Below, one piece after another: positions 26,019 to 35,019 of a DNA stretch of 55,241 nt (position 1 is the first letter of the stretch; each line of letters starts with the position of its first letter). This stretch comes from an uncultured SAR86 cluster bacterium (GTDB lineage: Bacteria > Pseudomonadota > Gammaproteobacteria > Magnimaribacterales > AG-339-G14), in assembly GCA_902527995.1 (NCBI GenBank), contig CABZRA010000004.1, positions 1 through 55,241 on the forward strand, in the 5' to 3' direction. Made by a program: the position numbers and the translations under genes. The notes under the pieces are model-generated. The model saw only the letters and a list, made by a program, of their open reading frames with translations. It made no database searches and was not told the origin of the DNA.

Positions 26019-27365
26019 ATGAAAATTTATATTCTTGGCATCTGTGGAACTTTTATGAGTGGGGTTGCTCAATTGGCAATCCAAAAAGGATTCCAGGTCT
26101 CTGGGTGCGATGAAAATATCTATCCTCCAATTAGTGACGTCTTAAAAGATCTTGGAGTAAAAATTGATAAGGGTTATTCAGAAAAATACTATTCTGAAAA
26201 TACAGATTTATTCATTATTGGCAACGTAGTTAGTAGAGGAAACCCTTTGATGGAAAAAATTCTTAACGAAGATAAATCTTTTTCTTCGGGTCCAGAATTT
26301 TTATTTAATTATGTTCTAAAAGATAGACACGTCGTTTCAATTGCTGGAACTCATGGAAAAACTACCACCTCTGCAATGATTACAAAAATCTTATTAGATT
26401 TCGGTATTGATGCCGGATATTTAATTGCAGGAAAAGTTAAAGATTTTTCAAATTCAGCTGAATTAGGTAACGATAAGCTTTTTGTTATCGAATCGGATGA
26501 ATACGACACTGCATTTTTTGATAAAAGATCAAAATTTATTCATTACAAACCATCTACTCTGTTAATTAATAATCTAGAATTTGATCATGCTGATATTTTT
26601 AACAATTTGGATGATATACAAAAACAGTTTCATCATTTAATTAGATCATTGCCTCAGAACGTAAAAGTTTTATTTCCTTTTGGAGATGACAATATACAAA
26701 CTCTTTTAAAAAATGGTTTCTACTCAATAAAAGAGCCTTTTAATTTTGAATTTTCTGAAAAAGGATGGTCCATGATAATCAATGAAAATAAAACCTCTGA
26801 TTTTAAGGTTTGTTTCAATGGAGAACTTGTAAACGAAATTTCATTAAAACTGATTGGTGAGCATAACTTGCGAAACGCTTTTGCTGCCTTTCTTACAGCC
26901 TTATCGTTAGGAGTAACACCTAATTCTATTAAAAATTCACTTTTAAATTTTAAGGGTGTTGCGAGGAGAATGGACCTTTTAGGAGAAAAAAACACAGTTT
27001 CTGTTTATGATGATTTTGCTCATCATCCAACGGCAATTAAACTTTCCTTAGAGGCATTAAAGAAAGCTGATAGTTCAAGAAAAATTATTTGTCTCCTAGA
27101 GATGCGTTCAAACACTATGCTGTCAGGGTTTCATGATGAAAAAATTCCAGAAGCTGTATCGAATGCAGATGAGGTATACCTTTTTTCAAAAAATGAGACC
27201 CAAGCTAAAAAGATAATAAGCCAAGATCCTAAAATTAATTTCTGCGAATCTAAAGAGGAATTTTTAAAAATTTTGAGGAAAAAAAATTATCAGGAAACGA
27301 ATATTATTTGTTTTTCTAATGGTTCTTTTGGCGGAATTCAATCAGAGATTTTTAAGAATTTATGA
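26019..27365 (+). CDS. mpl: Murein peptide ligase Mpl
   Basis: GICGTFM, GTHGKTTT, DEYDTAFFDKRSKF, LEFDHADIF, DDFAHHP. Confidence 0.95.
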   Translation: MKIYILGICGTFMSGVAQLAIQKGFQVSGCDENIYPPISDVLKDLGVKIDKGYSEKYYSENTDLFIIGNVVSRGNPLMEKILNEDKSFSSGPEFLFNYVLKDRHVVSIAGTHGKTTTSAMITKILLDFGIDAGYLIAGKVKDFSNSAELGNDKLFVIESDEYDTAFFDKRSKFIHYKPSTLLINNLEFDHADIFNNLDDIQKQFHHLIRSLPQNVKVLFPFGDDNIQTLLKNGFYSIKEPFNFEFSEKGWSMIINENKTSDFKVCFNGELVNEISLKLIGEHNLRNAFAAFLTALSLGVTPNSIKNSLLNFKGVARRMDLLGEKNTVSVYDDFAHHPTAIKLSLEALKKADSSRKIICLLEMRSNTMLSGFHDEKIPEAVSNADEVYLFSKNETQAKKIISQDPKINFCESKEEFLKILRKKNYQETNIICFSNGSFGGIQSEIFKNL

Positions 27366-27382
27366 AATTTCGATTATTTTTT

Positions 27383-27730
27383 TTATTCTTGTTCAGAAGT
27401 ATTTTCATCATCAGAAGAGCTTGAATCAGAACTTTCAGGAGATTCAGTTTCAACTTCAGTTGCTTGAGCTTTCTTAGCAGAAGCACCTTTTTTTGCAAAT
27501 CTTTTCTTAAATCTATCGACTCTTCCTCCAGTATCAATAATTTTTTGTTTACCAGTATAAAAAGGGTGGGAAGCAGATGAAACGTCAAGGGGGCAATACG
27601 GATAAGTTTTTCCATCTTCCCATTCTTTGGTTTGATCGGTTTTTAAAGTTGATGGAATTAAAAAGTACTCATCAACACTAGTGTCGTGAAAGAGAACCTC
27701 TCTGTATTCTGGATGAATTTCTTTTTTCAT
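27383..27730 (-). CDS. rpmE2: 50S ribosomal protein L31 type B with C-terminal extension
   Basis: [27 protein letters not shown]; no CxxC zinc motifs. Confidence 0.93.
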   Translation of the reverse strand: MKKEIHPEYREVLFHDTSVDEYFLIPSTLKTDQTKEWEDGKTYPYCPLDVSSASHPFYTGKQKIIDTGGRVDRFKKRFAKKGASAKKAQATEVETESPESSDSSSSDDENTSEQE

Positions 27731-27788
27731 ATTCTAAAGTTTAGGCGCGAATAATATCAGAACTTTTATTCTTGAAGAAACAAAATTT

Positions 27789-28256
27789 TTAAGAATTTTT
27801 AGATTGGTTTTTTTGTTTTTTTTCAGAAATGCTTACAACTTTCTTACTACCATAGACCTCGGTATATTTTTTCCCATCAAGATAATAAAATCCTTTTGAA
27901 GATATATACCATTTAGATATTTCCCTTTTTTCAGAATCTGAAACCCAAGAAATATCATTCAAAGACTCTTCTATATCGGTATGACTTGTTTCAGCATTAA
28001 AGATAGGAGGGCTTCCCTTCAATTTATGCGCTTTAGATAACCAAGCGTTCAAAAAACGCCTTATGCCTCTTCTAGTTTTTCTTCTTGATGGGTTCGATTC
28101 ACACCACTCAGCAGCAGCTCTGATTTCATGAATTACATTGCAATCTTTATATGTGCGGCTCCAAGCAATCACATCATTTTCTTCAATTTCAAAATAACTG
28201 CCATCTTTTAAAATAATTTCCATCGAATAAAGACTATCTATTATTTCTGGTAACAT
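27789..28256 (-). CDS. Phage-like protein resembling the C-terminal domain of phage replication initiators
   Basis: WCESNPSRRKTRRGIRRFLNAWL motif recalled from phage proteins (not searched); alternative start MEIILKDG at 28223. Confidence 0.55.
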   Translation of the reverse strand: MLPEIIDSLYSMEIILKDGSYFEIEENDVIAWSRTYKDCNVIHEIRAAAEWCESNPSRRKTRRGIRRFLNAWLSKAHKLKGSPPIFNAETSHTDIEESLNDISWVSDSEKREISKWYISSKGFYYLDGKKYTEVYGSKKVVSISEKKQKNQSKNS

Positions 28257-28285
28257 CAAATTTAAGTTAATAACTTTATGGAGGA

Positions 28286-28666
28286 ATGATGTCTTATCAA
28301 AATGATGTAGAGGTTTTTATGAAAATAGGAAGTCAGCCAATTCAAAAAGAATTGACCTTAGATACTGACGAAGCCAAGCTTTACATGAAATTAATTAGCG
28401 AAGAATATAAAGAAACCCTAGATGCTTTTAAAAACAATGATTTGATTGAATTAGCAGATGGACTTACCGATCTGGTTTGGGTAATTATGGGGATGTGTAA
28501 TAGTTGCGGCATTCAATTTGATAATGTTTGGAAAGAAGTCAGAGCATCAAACATGAGTAAATTTGTAGATGGAAAAGTAATAAAAAATGATTATGGAAAA
28601 ATTATGAAGCCTAAGTCGTATTTCAAGCCAAATATAAAAAATGCTCTAGGTTTGGTAAAAACTTAG
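28286..28666 (+). CDS. MazG-like (DR2231/PRA-PH type) nucleoside triphosphate pyrophosphohydrolase
   Basis: LISEEYKE, ELADGLTDLVWV, EVRASNMSK, GKIMKP; GGAGG SD (start may be 28289). Confidence 0.87.
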   Translation: MMSYQNDVEVFMKIGSQPIQKELTLDTDEAKLYMKLISEEYKETLDAFKNNDLIELADGLTDLVWVIMGMCNSCGIQFDNVWKEVRASNMSKFVDGKVIKNDYGKIMKPKSYFKPNIKNALGLVKT

Positions 28667-28733
28667 AAAAAATTGATAGAATAATTCGAATTAAATAATT
28701 CAAAGTAAAATTTATAAGTTTTAGGAGATAAAA

Positions 28734-29912
28734 ATGGGTAATGCATATATCGTAGGTGCGGTAAGAACACCAGGCGGGAAAAAAGACGGAAAATTAAAAA
28801 ATTGGCATCCTTCAGATTTAGGGGCATTGGTCCTTGATGAGCTAGTTGAAAGAACAGGTGCAAAAGGAGAAATGATTGATGACGTTATCTTTGGATGTGT
28901 AAGTCAGTCAGGCGCGCAAGCCGGAAACGTAGCTAGAAACGCTGTCTTAAGCTCAAAGCTCCCAGAATCTGTGCCAGGAACTTCAGTTGATAGACAATGC
29001 GGTTCATCACAGCAAGCGATACATTTTGCAGCTCAAGCTGTAATGTCTGAAACTCAAGATATTGTAATTGCAGGCGGTGTAGAGGTCATGAGTCAAGTGC
29101 CCATTGGATCCAATATAATTGATAGCTTTAAAGAAGGACATGGTCAGCCATTCAATGGCAAGGGTATGACAGCTAGATATCCAGGTGTTCAATTCAGTCA
29201 ATTTGCTGGCGCTGAGATGATGGCTGAAAGATGGAATTTTTCTAGGGAAGATTTAGATGCATTTGCATATGCAAGTCATCAAAAAGCTATTACTGCAACT
29301 GAATCGGGATATTTTGATAAAGAGATCGTTCCTGTTGAAGGAGATTTACCATCTGGAGAAAAAGAAATGGTTTCTATTGACGAAGGCATTCGTTTCGATG
29401 CCTCTTTAGAGAGCTTATCTGGCTTAAAAACTTTATCTGAGAATGGCGTTCTGACAGCAGGTAGCTCTAGTCAAATTTGTGATGGAGCGGCAGCGATTAT
29501 GATCGTTAATGATGCTGGTTTAGAAAAGTTAGGCATAAAACCAAGGGCAAAAATTGTTTCTTTAGCTTTGGCAGGGGATGACCCAGTGATTATGTTGACA
29601 GGACCTATTCCTGCTTCTAAAACTGTATTAGATAAAGCCAATTTATCAATAGACGATATAGATATTTACGAAGTGAACGAGGCTTTTGCTCCAGTTCCAT
29701 TAGCATGGGCGCATGAGTTAAAAGCAAATAAAGAAAAACTTAATGTGAATGGAGGGGCTATGGCACTCGGTCATCCTCTCGGAGGAACTGGCGCAAAGCT
29801 GATGACGACTTTGTTACATGAATTAGAAAGGAGACAAGGGAAATACGGTTTACAGGCAATTTGCGAAGGAGGAGGAACAGCTAACGCAATGATTATCGAA
29901 AGATTAAGTTAA
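28734..29912 (+). CDS. Acetyl-CoA C-acyltransferase (thiolase)
   Basis: DRQCGSSQQA, NEAF, GHPLGGTG, CEGGG; AGGAG SD. Confidence 0.95.
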   Translation: MGNAYIVGAVRTPGGKKDGKLKNWHPSDLGALVLDELVERTGAKGEMIDDVIFGCVSQSGAQAGNVARNAVLSSKLPESVPGTSVDRQCGSSQQAIHFAAQAVMSETQDIVIAGGVEVMSQVPIGSNIIDSFKEGHGQPFNGKGMTARYPGVQFSQFAGAEMMAERWNFSREDLDAFAYASHQKAITATESGYFDKEIVPVEGDLPSGEKEMVSIDEGIRFDASLESLSGLKTLSENGVLTAGSSSQICDGAAAIMIVNDAGLEKLGIKPRAKIVSLALAGDDPVIMLTGPIPASKTVLDKANLSIDDIDIYEVNEAFAPVPLAWAHELKANKEKLNVNGGAMALGHPLGGTGAKLMTTLLHELERRQGKYGLQAICEGGGTANAMIIERLS

Positions 29913-29925
29913 AGTTCAAGATTTT

Positions 29926-30315
29926 ATGAAAGTTTTATCTGAGTCAAAAGTTTTCAATTGCTCAGCAAAAACTCTTTGGGACATTTTATCTGATATTTCA
30001 AGATGCGATTGGGTTCCAAGTGTAGATGAAATTACTCTTGAAGGAGTTTCTAGAGTCTTTGAAATGGAAGGCATTGGAAAAGTCCGTGAAAATATATTGT
30101 CGCTGGATAATGAAAACATGAAATTGCAATATTCTGCAGTAGAGACGCCTAATCCAATCGAACATCACCTAGCAACAATGCAGGTAGTTGAATTAGATTC
30201 AGAAAATTGTGAACTGAATTGGACAACAGAAATTGATCCAGAGATTTTTTCAGAAGCTGTTCATCACGGAATGCTAATCTCCATTAAGGGTTTAGAAGAA
30301 GTTATTTCTGATTAA
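29926..30315 (+). CDS. SRPBCC (polyketide cyclase/lipid-binding) family protein
   Basis: LWDILSD..DWVP, VRENILSLD, LQYS pattern. Confidence 0.75.
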   Translation: MKVLSESKVFNCSAKTLWDILSDISRCDWVPSVDEITLEGVSRVFEMEGIGKVRENILSLDNENMKLQYSAVETPNPIEHHLATMQVVELDSENCELNWTTEIDPEIFSEAVHHGMLISIKGLEEVISD

Positions 30316-30327
30316 AGAATTTCTTAA

Positions 30328-30780
30328 TTAGCTAAAGTAGTTTCTTAAAACCAATTCTCTTGAATTTACATTTAAATGATTTAAGCAAATCTCCATATCG
30401 CATTCCTTAAAAAATCCGTCTCCTCTTTCTGGCCATTCTATAAATAGAATACTGTCAGATTCATTTGAATATTCTTCAATACCCAAAACTTCCAATTCCT
30501 TTCTACTCTCAATTCTATACAAATCCATGTGATATATTTTTTTATTACCAATCAAGTAAGGCTCCACAATAGTAAAGGTTGGGCTCGTAACTGATTCTGA
30601 TAAGCCATAAACCTTAAGGATTTCTTTAACAAGAGTAGTTTTACCTGTTCCAAGGTCCCCCTTTAAAAAAATTATTTTGGCTGTATTCTTAGAAATTAAA
30701 GTTATCTTATGAGCAATTTCTGAAGCAATTTTTTTAGTTTCCTCGAGGGAATTAAGTATTAATTTTTTGTCATTACTCAT
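30328..30780 (-). CDS. tsaE: tRNA threonylcarbamoyladenosine biosynthesis ATPase TsaE
   Basis: GDLGTGKTT, VTSPTF, HMDLYR, IEWPE; likely start MSNDKK at 30780 overlapping the nnrD stop. Confidence 0.94.
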   Translation of the reverse strand: MSNDKKLILNSLEETKKIASEIAHKITLISKNTAKIIFLKGDLGTGKTTLVKEILKVYGLSESVTSPTFTIVEPYLIGNKKIYHMDLYRIESRKELEVLGIEEYSNESDSILFIEWPERGDGFFKECDMEICLNHLNVNSRELVLRNYFS

Positions 30781-31612
30781 TAATAACTCTCGCAAAAAGA
30801 TCAATAATATCTGTTGGTAAAAGTGATTGTTGATTATTTTTTTCTGAATAAATATCTCCCGCACGAGCATGTAAATCCACTCCAAGACAAGCTGCCTCAA
30901 ATAAACTAAGTTTTTGAGCGATTAAACCACTTATCATTCCGCTCAATACATCTCCCATTCCTGCTGTGGCCATGCCGGGATTTCCTTTATCACAGATATA
31001 TATTTTATCTTCCTTGCAAATTAAGGTTTCATGACTTTTTAATACAACTACCGAGTTATATTTATTTGATATTTTTTTAGCTGCAGAGATTTTATTTTTC
31101 TTAACTTTTTCTACAGATGTATTCAATAGTCTGGCTGCTTCACCTAAATGAGGAGTTAAAACAATTTTTTTTGGGAGTGGTAGTTTTTTTGAAAATTCTG
31201 GAAGTAAATTTAATCCATCTGCATCGATTAATATTGGGGTCTTATTTTTATAAGTGTTCTCCAGAGACTTGTAAATCATCTGTTCGCTCCAGTAATCTTT
31301 TCCTAATCCCGGACCTAAACAAATTACAGTGGGAAAATCTAAATAATTTTCCAAAGATTGACCACTATCGACTGGTTTTGTCATAACTTCTGGAGCAAAA
31401 CTAAGCGCCGCTTGTAAATGTTCAGATCGTGTTGCTAGTGAGACAAGACCTGCACCAATTTTTATCGCAGCTTTCGAAGAAAGCAAAGCTGCTCCTCCAA
31501 ATCCAATATTTCCGGCAACAACTAACACGTGACCAAAGTCACCCTTATGGGATTCGGAATTTCTTAACAATTTCCTTAATAATTTTTTAGTTTCTATGGT
31601 TCGTGGGTTCAT
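30773..31612 (-). CDS. nnrD: NAD(P)HX dehydratase (stand-alone)
   Basis: HKGDFG, GPGLG, DADGL, LTPHLGEA, ATAGMGDVLSG. Confidence 0.92.
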   Translation of the reverse strand: MNPRTIETKKLLRKLLRNSESHKGDFGHVLVVAGNIGFGGAALLSSKAAIKIGAGLVSLATRSEHLQAALSFAPEVMTKPVDSGQSLENYLDFPTVICLGPGLGKDYWSEQMIYKSLENTYKNKTPILIDADGLNLLPEFSKKLPLPKKIVLTPHLGEAARLLNTSVEKVKKNKISAAKKISNKYNSVVVLKSHETLICKEDKIYICDKGNPGMATAGMGDVLSGMISGLIAQKLSLFEAACLGVDLHARAGDIYSEKNNQQSLLPTDIIDLFARVINE

Positions 31613-31717
31613 AAAAATTTTTTCCTTAAAATCAAAATTTCTTCCATCTTCTCATTGCTAAAAGCCCTAGGAAAGATATAGAGTATGTAGATTAAATTAT
31701 TTTTAAAGGAGAAGAAA

Positions 31718-32695
31718 ATGATCAAAACAAAAATAACAGAAATGTTTGGAATTGAACATCCAATAATTCAAGGAGGAATGCATTATGTTGGATTTGCTGA
31801 AATGGCTTCTGCAGTAGCAAACGCAGGTGGATTAGGAATAATTACAGGTCTAACTCAAAAAACTCCAGATGATTTAGCAAATGAAATTGCTAAATGTCAC
31901 GACATGACTGATAAGCCTTTTGGAGTGAACTTAACTTTTCTTCCGGGATTTCAAGAGCCAGATTATCCGGGATATATTGAAGCAATTATAAAAGGAGGAG
32001 TGAGAATAGTCGAAACTGCTGGAAGAAGTCCCGAAGCCTACATGCCTGATTTAAAAGGAGCAGGAATAAAAGTGATTCATAAATGTACTTCAGTTAGGCA
32101 TTCTCTAAAAGCCGAAAAAATTGGCTGTGATGCTGTGAGTGTGGATGGATTTGAGTGTGGCGGACATCCAGGTGAAGACGATATACCAAACATGATTCTT
32201 CTTCCTAGAGCTGCCGAAGAGTTGTCGATTCCTTTTGTGGCATCTGGAGGAATGGGAAATGGCCAACAACTTGCAGCGGCTTTATCTATGGGAGCAGATG
32301 GCATCAACATGGGAACAAGATTTATTGCTACTAAGGAAGCTCCTGTACATGACAATGTTAAAGAAGCTTTAGTGGCTGCATCTGAACTTGATACTGAACT
32401 AATTATGAGACCGTTAAGAAATACTGAGAGGGTTTTATCAAATGGCGCAGTTTCTAAAATTCTTGAAAAAGAAAAAGCTCTTGGTGATGATATTCAGATT
32501 ACAGACATCATAGATGAAGTAGCAGGTGTGTATCCTAAGATAATGCAAGAAGGTACCATGGATGCTGGAGCATGGAGTTGTGGAATGGTTGCTGGATTAA
32601 TTCATGATGTCCCTACTTGTAAAGAGTTGGTCGAAAGAATAGTTTCTGATGCTGAAGAAATAATTAAAAGTAGACTTTCCCAATTCGTTGCTTAA
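31718..32695 (+). CDS. FMN-dependent oxidoreductase, nitronate monooxygenase/FabK family
   Basis: PIIQGGM, DGFECGGHPG, ASGG, MGTRF; AAGGAG SD. Confidence 0.88.
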   Translation: MIKTKITEMFGIEHPIIQGGMHYVGFAEMASAVANAGGLGIITGLTQKTPDDLANEIAKCHDMTDKPFGVNLTFLPGFQEPDYPGYIEAIIKGGVRIVETAGRSPEAYMPDLKGAGIKVIHKCTSVRHSLKAEKIGCDAVSVDGFECGGHPGEDDIPNMILLPRAAEELSIPFVASGGMGNGQQLAAALSMGADGINMGTRFIATKEAPVHDNVKEALVAASELDTELIMRPLRNTERVLSNGAVSKILEKEKALGDDIQITDIIDEVAGVYPKIMQEGTMDAGAWSCGMVAGLIHDVPTCKELVERIVSDAEEIIKSRLSQFVA

Positions 32696-32700
32696 AAGTA

Positions 32701-33576
32701 ATGTCTAATAAATCAGGTTCAAAGCCTCCTTTTCCAGAGAATTTAGAAAATTCTATAAATTTTAAGAAAGGAGGTCCTGGAGATGAGCCATCTTCACCTA
32801 GACCTGCGGCCACAGTACTTTTAGTTCGCGCACCAAAAGAACAAGTTGAAGTTTTTATGATTCAAAGAAATGCGAAGACAAATTTTGGTAATGCTTGGGT
32901 TTTTCCTGGAGGCAAATTAGATGAAATCGATGGAATCAACGAAGCCAATGATTTTTGCTTTGGGTTAACAGACGAAATGGCTTCTCAAATACTCGGTTTA
33001 GAGAGAGGTGGTTTAAATTATTGGGTCGCTTGCATCAGAGAATGTTTTGAAGAGTGTGGAGTACTTTTAGCTTATAGAGAAAATGGAGATTTATTCGATA
33101 ATCCTAATGAAGAAGAATCTAAATCTTTAAATAAATATAGAGATCTGCTTAATCAAGGAGAGCCGGTTTTATATGAGCTTTGTAAAGATATGAATTTGAG
33201 ATTGGCAGTAGATAGACTTGCATACATATCTCATTGGGTAACACCAAAGTTTGAAATGAAGCGTTACAGTACTAGGTTTTTTATTGCTTTAGCACCTGAA
33301 AATCAAATAGCTGAGCACGATGGAGGTGAAGGAGTTAAAAGTACTTGGATTTCTCCAGAAAACGCTTTAGAAAAAGGAAAAAATGGGGACTTTCCTATTA
33401 TATTGCCTACTATTAAAACTTTAGAATCCATTGAGGGTTTTGCAAATACTCAAGAATTAATGGAAGCAAAAGTAAAAATTCAAAACGAAGTTTCATGCAT
33501 TGAACCTAAATTTTTTATGAAAGATGGAAAAATGATTGGATTGCTTCCTGGAGATAAGGGTTATGAAGATCACTGA
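32701..33576 (+). CDS. NUDIX hydrolase, NUDT19-like (putative acyl-CoA diphosphatase)
   Basis: PRPAATV, VFPGG, IRECFEECG, WVTP..KRYSTRFF. Confidence 0.85.
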   Translation: MSNKSGSKPPFPENLENSINFKKGGPGDEPSSPRPAATVLLVRAPKEQVEVFMIQRNAKTNFGNAWVFPGGKLDEIDGINEANDFCFGLTDEMASQILGLERGGLNYWVACIRECFEECGVLLAYRENGDLFDNPNEEESKSLNKYRDLLNQGEPVLYELCKDMNLRLAVDRLAYISHWVTPKFEMKRYSTRFFIALAPENQIAEHDGGEGVKSTWISPENALEKGKNGDFPIILPTIKTLESIEGFANTQELMEAKVKIQNEVSCIEPKFFMKDGKMIGLLPGDKGYEDH

Positions 33577-34378
33577 GTTATCTCCTTTAGTAAGAAGAAT
33601 AACTGCAGATAATTCAGGAGTTTTTACAGGCCCAGGAACAAACACTTATTTAATTGGGCATGATGAAATAACTGTGATTGATCCAGGCCCAGCTTCAAAA
33701 GAGCATATAGAAAACATAGCTAAAATTTGTGGGGAGGACATCAAACAAATTTTGGTAACCCATACCCATAACGATCATTCACCTGGAGCCAAATTACTTC
33801 ATCACAGGACTGCTGCACCTGTGAGGGGCATGAAAGCATTGCATAGTGAAATGCAGGACCCAACCTTTAAGCCACAAACTATTCTCAAAGATGGGGATGT
33901 AATAGAACAAGTGGATTACACTTTAAGAGTAATTCATACCCCAGGTCACGCATCAAACCATTTGTGTTATTTCCTTGAAGAAGAGAAAACAATATTTACT
34001 GGCGATCATATAATGGATGGTTCTACTGTAGTAATAGCTCCTCCAGATGGAAGCATGAGTCAATATTTACAATCACTGAAAATTCTTAAGGATGAAGATA
34101 TTAAATACATAGCCCCCGGACATGGCGATTTGATGGAAAATCCACATGCCGTAGTAGATTGGATTATAAGTCACAGAATGTTTCGAGAAAAAAAAGTAAT
34201 CGATGCAATTACAGAGTTGAATAGAGCTTCTTTAGAAGCATTACTTGAAAAAGTTTACGATGATGTTGATCCCAGACTTTTAAGCATAGCTAAATATTCT
34301 CTTCAAGCGCATTTAATTAAGCTAATTGAAGAAAAAAGAGTTGAGCAAGATGAATCAGAATTTGTCTGGATGCACTAA
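33563..34378 (+). CDS. Metallo-beta-lactamase-fold hydrolase, LACTB2-like
   Basis: GPGTNTY, THTHNDHSPG, TPGH, TGDH, PGHG, C-terminal winged helix; GGAG SD before ATG 33563. Confidence 0.88.
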   Translation: MKITELSPLVRRITADNSGVFTGPGTNTYLIGHDEITVIDPGPASKEHIENIAKICGEDIKQILVTHTHNDHSPGAKLLHHRTAAPVRGMKALHSEMQDPTFKPQTILKDGDVIEQVDYTLRVIHTPGHASNHLCYFLEEEKTIFTGDHIMDGSTVVIAPPDGSMSQYLQSLKILKDEDIKYIAPGHGDLMENPHAVVDWIISHRMFREKKVIDAITELNRASLEALLEKVYDDVDPRLLSIAKYSLQAHLIKLIEEKRVEQDESEFVWMH

Positions 34379-35016
34379 CTTAAATCAAGCTTGATCCCAC
34401 ATCCACCATGCCCGCAGTAACCTCCTGGATTCTTTGCTAGATATTGCTGGTGATATTCTTCAGCGAAAAAGAAGTTTTTTATTTCTTTTATTTCGGTAGT
34501 AATTGGCTTGAAACCGTTATTAGCTAAGATAGCTTCATAAGCTTTTTTTGTTTCTAGAGCTTGTTCCATCTGTTTTTGATTCGTTACATACAAACCTGAT
34601 CTATATTGAGTTCCAATATCATATCCTTGTCGCATCCCCTGAGTTGGATCATGATTTTCCCAAAAAGCTTTAAGCAGAATCGAAAATTCTATTTTATTTG
34701 GATCAAAAATTACCTCTACGATTTCATTATGAGCTGTTCTCCCAGAGCATACTTCCTCGTAAGTTGGATTCTTTGTGAAACCATCTCCATAACCAACTGA
34801 AGTAAATAAAACACCTTCTATTTCCCACATATATTTTTCAGCTCCCCAAAAGCAACCCATTCCGAAATAAACTTTTTCAAAAATTGAACCTTCTATCGGA
34901 TATGTGTTTTTGTTTACATAATGAGATAATGGTTCAAAGATTTTTTCTTCTCTTCCAACAAGAGCATCATGTTCTTTTGGTAATTCTGTTTTAGTTAGAA
35001 AAGATAAAAGTGACAT
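34375..35016 (-). CDS. msrA: Peptide methionine sulfoxide reductase A
   Basis: GCFWG, NPTYEEVC, GTQYRSG, AEEYHQQY. Confidence 0.96.
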   Translation of the reverse strand: MSLLSFLTKTELPKEHDALVGREEKIFEPLSHYVNKNTYPIEGSIFEKVYFGMGCFWGAEKYMWEIEGVLFTSVGYGDGFTKNPTYEEVCSGRTAHNEIVEVIFDPNKIEFSILLKAFWENHDPTQGMRQGYDIGTQYRSGLYVTNQKQMEQALETKKAYEAILANNGFKPITTEIKEIKNFFFAEEYHQQYLAKNPGGYCGHGGCGIKLDLS

Positions 35017-35019
35017 TAT

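Noticed and set aside
27731-28733. Prophage or integrated element around the phage-like pair
   Set aside because: No integrase, structural genes, tRNA target or convincing direct repeats.
30781-30900. N-terminal extension of TsaE in the ORF track
   Set aside because: Overlaps nnrD; the ATG at 30780 gives a normal-length protein.
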